From an uncultured Bifidobacteriaceae bacterium (GTDB taxonomy: Bacteria > Verrucomicrobiota > Verrucomicrobiia > Limisphaerales > UBA11358), in contig CAYVGC010000006.1 of assembly GCA_964449815.1 (NCBI GenBank), positions 8,817 through 72,816 of the forward strand: 64,000 bases of DNA, read 5' to 3'. The notes under the pieces were generated by a model, which did not search any database, had not been told where the DNA came from, and saw only the letters and a list, made by a program, of their open reading frames with translations. A program made the translations under genes and the position numbers. Numbering within the stretch: position 1 is the first letter of the stretch; each line of letters opens with the position of its first letter. This document shows, piece after piece, positions 1 to 6,965 of the stretch.

Positions 1-470
1 ATTGCATGGTGGCGAGTTAGATATTCCGTCAGGCGATTGTTGCTGCGCTGCCATAGCGGCTCGCCACCGACATCATTGTCAACCTCACGCAAACGGAGGT
101 CGAGTCCATTGGCACGTTTGGCCTGCTCCTTTGGGAACGAAGGCAGTCCCTTGTGGTGAGAATAGGCTGCTACCGCCGCTTCCGTGCATAGAGGAAACAG
201 ATGAGCCGATGCCGCATCCCAATGCAACAAGCCGTGATTGGTCTGACGGTTGTGGGCCAGCACATCCTGAAAAACATCGTCCAGTTTGCCAAGGTCGTGA
301 TAATGCGCGGCCATCTCCAGAACATCGAGAAACCCGTCACGCCATCTGGGACAGTGCGTTGTGGCTTCACGACCGAAGCGTATAGCCAGCGAGATGACAT
401 TACCAACATGGTAACGATACCACTGCTCAGGTGCGCCATTGCGGGCGCTATGGGCGAGCGGCTCGCTCAC
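1..470 (-). CDS. cas3: Cas3-type HD nuclease domain protein, N-terminal 156 codons only (partial, continues beyond window start)
   Basis: Manual minus-strand translation; this ORF is not in the supplied track. It reads VSEPLAHSARNGAPEQWYRYHVGNVISLAIRFG...LEMAAHYHDLGKLDDVFQDVL...NHGLLHWDAASAHL...AAYSHHKGLPSF, with no stop codon down to position 1. The LAHS / H-x-x-x-V / HDLGK / HH pattern is that of Cas3 HD domains. The GTG at 470-468 overlaps the cas7 TGA at 469-467. Confidence 0.7.
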   Translation of the reverse strand, partial: MSEPLAHSARNGAPEQWYRYHVGNVISLAIRFGREATTHCPRWRDGFLDVLEMAAHYHDLGKLDDVFQDVLAHNRQTNHGLLHWDAASAHLFPLCTEAAVAAYSHHKGLPSFPKEQAKRANGLDLRLREVDNDVGGEPLWQRSNNRLTEYLTRHHA

Positions 471-1459
471 AGCAATGCGTAGTCGGTATAAATGCCGACG
501 TCATTCCAAGTCAAAGACTTGTCGCCTTGTTTTCGCACGACGTTGCCTTTGATCTCATCCCAAGTCGGAATCTGGTAATCCGCGCGAGAAGTGCTTGGCT
601 TCTCTGGATCATCCCCTTTCCGGACAAGCTTGAGTGCATCCAGCAACGCGAAATCCGAAAACGAACCGAGCTGGTCTTTGTGCTCGACGGCATGGGCATG
701 GATTAACTCGACTTGGGTGCGGACTGTCGAAGGATTGTCGCGGTAAGCGTGTTTCAGCAAATTAAGCATCAGCCGCACATCGTCACCAGTGCAGCCGGTT
801 TTCCGAGCCTGCGTCGGGTTGACGAAGAATGGCACAGTGTAGATGCCGTGCTCGACAAACTTCATGGCCTGCGGAGCAAAACCGCGATCCTTATCTCCTT
901 CCACGCCTGGTTTGTTCGTCCAAGTCTCGAAGCGAACTCGGACGGGCGCAACAGAAACGCCAACTCCAAAGTGGGCAGCGCCGGCTCGAATAGCTCTGTC
1001 CATAATTTTCCTTCGATCCTCAACCGTAAGCTTCTTGCCGGTTTCCTTCTCCAGCTTCTTCACACCCTCGTCCACAGCTTCCTTTCCCTCCAAGAACGTG
1101 CTGCCGAACAACCGTGCATCCCAGTAATCCTGTTGAAAGCGCCCGTCTGCGAGCTTCTTGAAAATTTCTTCCCGATCACGGTCGCGCTTTTCGAGAATGT
1201 CGAACCGGGCGTCCTCACCCAATGAGAGTCGTTGCTTCATCTCCTGCCAGATCAGCCCCTCCTTGTCAGAGACCAATTCGCGCAATTTGCGTTTGACCGA
1301 AACGGGCGAAATCTCGCCGCGATCATCCGGGCGCTGGCGAGGAAAACCTGCGTTGTCTGGGTCGCCGTTGGGGTTTGAGTCACGGACCTCGATGACGAGG
1401 AGTCCGGTGATGCGGGGAATATTGGAGTCGAGCATGGTTTGTTTTTCTTTTGCGTTCAT
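467..1459 (-). CDS. cas7: CRISPR-associated Cas7, subtype I-C (Csd2 family)
   Basis: N-terminus GLLVIEVRDSNPNGDPDNAGFPRQRPDDRGEISPVSVKRKLRELV carries the Csd2/Cas7c NPNGDP signature. It sits directly downstream of the cas8c-like gene. Confidence 0.85.
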   Translation of the reverse strand: MNAKEKQTMLDSNIPRITGLLVIEVRDSNPNGDPDNAGFPRQRPDDRGEISPVSVKRKLRELVSDKEGLIWQEMKQRLSLGEDARFDILEKRDRDREEIFKKLADGRFQQDYWDARLFGSTFLEGKEAVDEGVKKLEKETGKKLTVEDRRKIMDRAIRAGAAHFGVGVSVAPVRVRFETWTNKPGVEGDKDRGFAPQAMKFVEHGIYTVPFFVNPTQARKTGCTGDDVRLMLNLLKHAYRDNPSTVRTQVELIHAHAVEHKDQLGSFSDFALLDALKLVRKGDDPEKPSTSRADYQIPTWDEIKGNVVRKQGDKSLTWNDVGIYTDYALL

Positions 1460-1464
1460 AATTT

Positions 1465-3708
1465 TTATTCGTTGTTGGTTTCAGAGGTTGCGGTTTCTTC
1501 GTCGCCGGACACGTCGGCAAGATAACCGAGCATGAGTTGAGCTTTGGAGATGTCGTCCAGATGTTCCACTTTGCCCAATTGCTCCAGATTTTTCGTAATA
1601 CTGGGTTCGCAATGGGACATCGCTTTGAGAATCCGGGTTGCCTCGCCAGCATCCTCGCCGCGATAGGTTGTAGCCCAGCCTTTGTAGGGCTGAATGCGCG
1701 TCGCCAACTGGCGGAGCGCACGCGCTGGATTATCCAGCGCGGTGTTGAAGACCGCATTGCCCAAGAGTTCCGTTGGCGCGCTGATCTTCCCTTTTTCGCG
1801 GTCTTTCTCCGACGTGCGAACCCATTTGCAGTAGTGAAAATGCAACTTGTCAGCGAGCGCCAGCAGTTGCCCGATTTGGTAGAGGGTGTCTTTCATAAAG
1901 GTTTCGTGGTGTTGATCCAACAGGTGAAGGAAAATGCCTGTGAGTGCGACCGCCTTGAGCACGTCGCGGCGAGCTTCTTTGCTCAAAGGCCGCAGTTTTT
2001 CGAGCCATTCGAGTTCTCTGTCTCGCCGCGTGACTTTGAAGATCGCCGCTCGCGCGAAAACGGGCCGCATCCGAACCAAGAGCGTGTTCAATCCGAACCG
2101 AGCTTTCCTGGTTTGGAGCGGTGGTCCAGCGAGGAAAATATCCAAAGCATCGTCCCGCGAGAGCGACACCACTAAGTAGGATGACAAACCTTCCTTGGCG
2201 TCTGTTTTCCACACTTGATTCAAGACGAGCGCCACGTCCATCGGTCCAGGCACAATGCGGAACTTCTCGATGCGTCGTTTATTCTCCGTGACCCGTGTCG
2301 TGAGTCTGACTGGCGGGCAATTCTTTGCTCCTGCCTGCCACGATTTGGCTGCGGCATTGAGTTCGTGAACGGTGAGGCTGCGGTTGAGTCGCAGTTGTTT
2401 GTTGGCTGCGTCCACCTCGCCGATAGCGAAAAGCCGGATCAAAGCGTCCGGGGTCTTGGCTTCACGAGCGTCGAGTGTTTCAAGGATCAGTCTTGTTTTC
2501 TCTCCGTAGTCTGCACCAATGAAGTCACGGGCCGTCTCACCGAACACATCCACGTAACGGTCATCTGCGAGCGGCTCATCTTCGAGATACGCAACGAGTA
2601 GCTGCTTTTTGTCGCCGGGCAGGAGACGGCAAGTTTTGCCAGAAGCCACTCGGCCACCCAAGGCGACCAATGCAGCGTCATCGCCGGCCAGAGTGAAGAT
2701 GGCGGCAGACAGGCGATGGACATTCTCCGGGGAGACAACGAAAGTGCGCGTGTCTCCCAGCCCGTAGCGGAAAAAGCACTTTGCTTCGGCGGTGTTGTTG
2801 GAAAACAACTTGGTGTTTCCAAGCACGGACAGTTTTGGTTCGGGAAACTTCGGAGGCAACGAGCACTCTTTCCCGGTGTAGGCATCGCGCACGAGAGTGG
2901 GCGGCTCGGGTGAAACGGCCTTCTTCTTACGCGTCGCCGGCGAAGTCTTGCCGCGAGTCTCCCTGTCGTATGCCGGCGGGTCGGTCTCCAGAAAAAACTT
3001 GTTCAACGCCCGACTGGTGCGCGAATCAGCAACCGGAAATGTGCCTAAATCCGCAACGGCGAGATCAAAATAAACAGGCAGTTTGCGGTCGGTAAAGAGC
3101 CATTCGGCGAACAAAACCGCATCGGCTGAGGTGATGTCTCCGTCTTGTTTTACGAGCAGGTTTACGAGTTGCTCGGTCAATGCTTGCGGTTCAAGTCGCG
3201 CAGCCGAGACAACCTCGACCAGCTTTTTGAACACAGCCAGTTCATCCCCTGCTTGCGCAAGATCCCCTTGAAGCCATCCGACCAATTCATGAAGGGATCG
3301 TTTTGCTTGCTGCTTCTGTTTGTCCAACAATTCAACCGGCTTGGAACGGGCAAATCGTTTTTTTGTGAAACGCTTGAGTGAAGCAACGTCTGGCAACTTG
3401 CGACGTAGCGTCTTGAATTGCTCAGTCAATTTCTTTTCCCACTTTTCGACCCCGGTAAATCGGAATCGCCGCAAGGGCGTAGGCAGATTGAAACCGGGGA
3501 ACGCCGCGCCTTCCGAACCGTGACACACACGCAAAAGACTCCCTGCGTCACGGATAACGGAGAGCCTCGTCGGCATCCCGTCCGCACTCAGTTGTATAAG
3601 CAGGACCTGATCGTTCTTGCCCATCGGATCGAGATGGGGATGCAGTTCGATTGGCCTTACACCGCACCGCTCCAGCGCAGTCGCCGCCAGATAAAGTTCA
3701 TTGAGCAT
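1465..3708 (-). CDS. cas8c: CRISPR-associated large subunit, Cas8c (Csd1)-like, 747 aa
   Basis: Lies between cas5c and cas7c. The central LFSNNTAEAKCFFRYGLGD...VSPENVHRLSAAIFTL and the C-terminal AQLMLGYLA resemble Csd1 features. I moved the start to the ATG at 3708 (MLNELYLAA), because the track ORF's N-terminal 105 codons overlap cas5. Confidence 0.65.
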   Translation of the reverse strand: MLNELYLAATALERCGVRPIELHPHLDPMGKNDQVLLIQLSADGMPTRLSVIRDAGSLLRVCHGSEGAAFPGFNLPTPLRRFRFTGVEKWEKKLTEQFKTLRRKLPDVASLKRFTKKRFARSKPVELLDKQKQQAKRSLHELVGWLQGDLAQAGDELAVFKKLVEVVSAARLEPQALTEQLVNLLVKQDGDITSADAVLFAEWLFTDRKLPVYFDLAVADLGTFPVADSRTSRALNKFFLETDPPAYDRETRGKTSPATRKKKAVSPEPPTLVRDAYTGKECSLPPKFPEPKLSVLGNTKLFSNNTAEAKCFFRYGLGDTRTFVVSPENVHRLSAAIFTLAGDDAALVALGGRVASGKTCRLLPGDKKQLLVAYLEDEPLADDRYVDVFGETARDFIGADYGEKTRLILETLDAREAKTPDALIRLFAIGEVDAANKQLRLNRSLTVHELNAAAKSWQAGAKNCPPVRLTTRVTENKRRIEKFRIVPGPMDVALVLNQVWKTDAKEGLSSYLVVSLSRDDALDIFLAGPPLQTRKARFGLNTLLVRMRPVFARAAIFKVTRRDRELEWLEKLRPLSKEARRDVLKAVALTGIFLHLLDQHHETFMKDTLYQIGQLLALADKLHFHYCKWVRTSEKDREKGKISAPTELLGNAVFNTALDNPARALRQLATRIQPYKGWATTYRGEDAGEATRILKAMSHCEPSITKNLEQLGKVEHLDDISKAQLMLGYLADVSGDEETATSETNNE

Positions 3709-4351
3709 GGTTGGCCCTCCCTTCTCGATATTCGAGGACACCGTTGCGAACTTGCTGCGGATAATATGTCTCACGACCGCGCTGGCCCTGTTGAGGCCGG
3801 TCGAACACTGTCCAAAGCATCGCGGGGATTTCGTGGTGTTCCGACTCGCACGGGCGCGTGCCGTCGCGAAACAAGCCAAAGTAATCCGGAACAAATTCCT
3901 TCCAGCCCAAGCAAGGCGTGTGAAACCAGCGGCCTCGTTCCAAACGCCGATTGAAGACGTCAGCGTAGGCATGCGGGGAGCAAGTGCCGTCAGGAGAATC
4001 CGCCGGCTCTCCATTCGGCCCACGATTCCAGTCTGCCTGCGCGTAAAGGCGATAGCGCACGTTTATCAGCACTTGAGCGAAGATTTGTTTTGCGGCGTTC
4101 TTCTTCATCGCACCGGTGTCGCGCAGCGGCCCGCCATAGTTGAAAGCATAAGAATGGAATTGCACAGGCGCGCAGATTTCACAGCGAGTCGGACACACGT
4201 TCACGGACTTCCAACGCACTACAGCCTCGAACAGTCCTTTGGCCGCGCTAAATGTTGGCGCTGCGTAGGAAACCGGGTTTGGCAGTGTGTCAGGTCGCGT
4301 CCAAAGCGCGGTCGGGCCGGAGATTTCGAGTTGAATGGGATATGGTTTCAT
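3698..4351 (-). CDS. cas5: CRISPR-associated Cas5, subtype I-C (Cas5d, pre-crRNA-processing type)
   Basis: LEISGPTALWTRPDT...PVSYAAPTFSAAKGLFEAVVRWKS and RRLERGRWFHTPCLGWKEFVPDYF match the Cas5d pattern (RR..G..f..P.LG.rEF). Confidence 0.8.
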   Translation of the reverse strand: MKPYPIQLEISGPTALWTRPDTLPNPVSYAAPTFSAAKGLFEAVVRWKSVNVCPTRCEICAPVQFHSYAFNYGGPLRDTGAMKKNAAKQIFAQVLINVRYRLYAQADWNRGPNGEPADSPDGTCSPHAYADVFNRRLERGRWFHTPCLGWKEFVPDYFGLFRDGTRPCESEHHEIPAMLWTVFDRPQQGQRGRETYYPQQVRNGVLEYREGRANHAQ

Positions 4352-4593
4352 AAATCATGCAGAAATCCGACCAGCTTGGCTTCATTGGCTATGTTAAATG
4401 GCGTGGTGAATTGCCCGGCAAGTTCGGCGACATTGGACAAATGCGTGGCCAGTGGCTGCCATTGGCCAGAAGATTCTGGTAGTGGTGTCCCATTTTCACC
4501 GACCGCAGTGTGCGCGTAGAATTTCACACGTTTCCCTTTAACCTGAAATTGAATGTGTCTTGGTAAATCGCCACCGTCCTGATGACAAGCCAA
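4348..4593 (-). pseudogene. Cas3 N-terminal stub, terminating inside the HD motif (probable deletion remnant)
   Basis: (R)VKFYAHTAVGENGTPLPESSGQWQPLATHLSNVAELAGQF...EAKLVGFLHDL-stop is a canonical Cas3 N-terminus up to the HD of HDxGK. The track start at 4593 is a TTG; a GTG at 4527 (VKFYAHT) is the more Cas3-like start. The stop TGA overlaps the cas5 ATG (TTATGA). Confidence 0.6.
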
Positions 4594-5473
4594 ATTTGTT
4601 ACAATTTTTCATATCTGCGAAAACCTTAACAAAGGGGGTAGGACAAATGCGGTCCAACCCTTAATCTATTTTCAGATTTTTTTGGCCGAAAATTTCACAG
4701 GCATTTTCCAAGTGGTTGACATCGCACGCCGGTTGAATGTGGCGGCAGACAACGGCCTTTCACCGCCGCTTCGCTTTGTTGAAATGCCGCTGACTGCCTT
4801 GCAGGTGATGGCCTGACTCCGTCTGGTTCAGATGGCTTCACTCCACTGCTCTCCGCGTGACCACGCGACCATTGCCCGCCTGATCACACTCCGTTTGGTT
4901 TCGTTCCGCCATCTGAATCCGGCGGAGACAGCCCGGGAGGGCGCGCGGCTTCGCCCGCCCAAACTCAAAGCAATAGGCCGCTAGGCTGCGCCACGGCCAA
5001 GACATCGGCATTAGCCGTGAGACCGGCCAGCTTTCGCTCATTCCGCTAATCTTCCGCTGCATTCCATTTCGCTCCAGAGCGCTACAATCACAAAACTGTC
5101 AGGCCTCACTGACCAAACCAATTTTAGTCTGACCACCGCCGGTTTGGTTTCCGCTGCGCTCCACCCAAACCAACGGGCGTCAGAGCCGGCAAGATTTGTG
5201 CCTTCGGCGACTCTGCGAGGCCAAGAGAGTTTTGGTTGGTGTTTTTGACATGGCACGTTTTGTTGATAAGCTGGGGCCGTCAGGGTCTCACCGTAAGCCG
5301 CTTGCTGCTCCGCCATCTTTTTCAAGTTTTTTAATTCCCGTTGTCACGGGGCGCTTTTTTCCCGGCGACGCACAGGGCATGGGCCACGCCAGCGCCCCGG
5401 CTATCGGGTAACGCCGAAACTTTCGCTGTCATGCCCCATGCACGCCGGAAAAAAACCGAGGTCAGTTCAAAAA

Positions 5474-5926
5474 ATGGCTCCGCGAGGGATGAAGCAAGCG
5501 GCATACGGCGAGACACGGACGGCGATCATCAAAAAAAAGCTTATGAAAAACAAAATATCAATTGAAGCAGCGGCTCCAGCAAACGCCAGCCAGCCATCAT
5601 CATTCAAGGCGGCTAAACAAACCGGTTTTGTCAGGCATTGCGCCAATCGCCGGTTGCCCACGGAAAAAGTCTTGAATTGCTTGCGAACGCAGTTGCCGAG
5701 TCAGTATGAATTGGCGGAGGTGGTCGGCAAATGGGTTTGGTTGGACGTTTCGCCCGCCCGCAAGCCCGGTCTGGCCAGTGTGCTTTGGACTTTGGGCTTC
5801 CATTGGAACCAGCGGCGCGGTGTCTGGCAGCATCCGTGCGGCAGGTTTGACCCGCTTGGCAGCCATCCCACCGACCCCCGCGCCAAGTATCGCTGCTATT
5901 TTCCCGCCGACATGCAGCCCGCGTGA
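5474..5926 (+). CDS. Hypothetical protein with Trp-rich C-terminal motif, possibly mobile-element associated
   Basis: C-terminal ELAEVVGKWVWLDVSPARKPGLASVLWTLGFHWNQRRGVWQHPCG looks protein-like and conserved, and recalls small plasmid/phage-borne domains (from memory, unverified). The start could be 5438 or 5474. Confidence 0.45.
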   Translation: MAPRGMKQAAYGETRTAIIKKKLMKNKISIEAAAPANASQPSSFKAAKQTGFVRHCANRRLPTEKVLNCLRTQLPSQYELAEVVGKWVWLDVSPARKPGLASVLWTLGFHWNQRRGVWQHPCGRFDPLGSHPTDPRAKYRCYFPADMQPA

Positions 5927-6109
5927 ACCAAAAACCGCCATGAACATTTCACCCATTATGGCACTGGCACTGTCAGTGAAACTGTCAGTCAGGGCTAACG
6001 CCGATAGCCGAAAATTCTGGCGGATTAACCCGAATAGTCTTTAATTTCCCCAACGATTTGCTAAATTCCATTTATCTGAATCAATGCAACAGACTGTGCC
6101 CATCTGTGG

Positions 6110-6763
6110 CTAAAACAGTTTTGGCTCCGGCTGCTTGATCGGCGCGAAGCTTCTCCGGTGGATTGGACATGCGCCGAATTGCGCAATTGCCGCCAGATGC
6201 TTCGCCGTGCCGTAGCCTTTGTGCCCGGCAAAACCGTATTCGGGAAACTGCGCGTGAAATTCCAGCATCAGCCGGTCGCGCGTGACCTTGGCCAGCACGC
6301 TCGCGGCGGCGATGGAATAGCTCCGCGCATCGCCCTTAACGATGGCCGTCTGCGGCACACGCAGGGTTTTCACGGGGCGGCCGTCCACGAGCGCGTGCGG
6401 CGGCAGCGGATTCAATTTTGCCAGCGCATCGTTCATCGCGCGATGCGTGGCCTGCAAAATATTGATCTCGTCAATCACCGCCGCGTCCACCTCGGCGATG
6501 CCGAATTCGATTTCGCCGCAGGTGGTGATGAAGGCGAAAAACCTTTCACGCTGCGCGGCGGTGAGCTGCTTGGAATCGTTCAAGCTGGTGAGTTCAGCGG
6601 GCAGACCCGTTTTCGCCCAGCGCGGCGGCAGGATGGCGGCGGCGGCAACGACCGGCCCGGCGAGCGGCCCGCGTCCGGCCTCGTCCACGCCCGCGACGCG
6701 CGCGACGCCCTGCTGCCAGAGGGCGCGCTCGAATTCAAAACTGATGGGGAATTTAACGGGCAT
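6110..6763 (-). CDS. rnhB: Ribonuclease HII
   Basis: VAGVDEAGRGPLAGPVVAAA and DSKQLT motifs; typical length. Confidence 0.9.
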   Translation of the reverse strand: MPVKFPISFEFERALWQQGVARVAGVDEAGRGPLAGPVVAAAAILPPRWAKTGLPAELTSLNDSKQLTAAQRERFFAFITTCGEIEFGIAEVDAAVIDEINILQATHRAMNDALAKLNPLPPHALVDGRPVKTLRVPQTAIVKGDARSYSIAAASVLAKVTRDRLMLEFHAQFPEYGFAGHKGYGTAKHLAAIAQFGACPIHRRSFAPIKQPEPKLF

Positions 6764-6965
6764 GGAATCAACGCTGCGGAAATTGACAACTCAGGGAGTC
6801 GTTTGCGCCGGATTATTGGTTGAGGTTATGGCCATTAAATTTGTTCTTCCCGTTGATCATTTGTTTGCGGGCTTGAGCCTACCGCCTTTCCAAAACCTTG
6901 TCGCCACGATTTTCAGCACCATCGGCGCGGAGTTGCAGGCGAATGAAACGCCGCCGGCTGGGAAG

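Noticed and set aside
3709-4023. N-terminal 105 codons of the 852-aa track ORF for cas8c.
   Set aside because: This stretch overlaps the well-supported cas5 gene in another frame and is Arg/Ala-rich. The internal ATG at 3708 gives a sensible 11-nt operon overlap.
4731-4785. GGTTGAATG / GTTGAAATG words as ends of two degenerate I-C repeats (a mini-array).
   Set aside because: They are only 47 nt apart, have no shared upstream repeat body or hairpin, and occur just twice. That is insufficient to call a CRISPR feature, so I kept it only as a low-confidence remark in a finding.
5038-5325. 95-aa minus-strand ORF as a real gene paralogous to 5474-5926.
   Set aside because: Similarity to the rightward gene is confined to the first ~12 codons (the inverted repeat). 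The rest has no protein-like features, so it is not called as a CDS.
1-6109. Search for a CRISPR array flanking the cas genes.
   Set aside because: Reading both strands, I found no unit of about 28-37 nt repeated at regular spacing of about 60-70 nt. Any array must lie outside the window or be absent.
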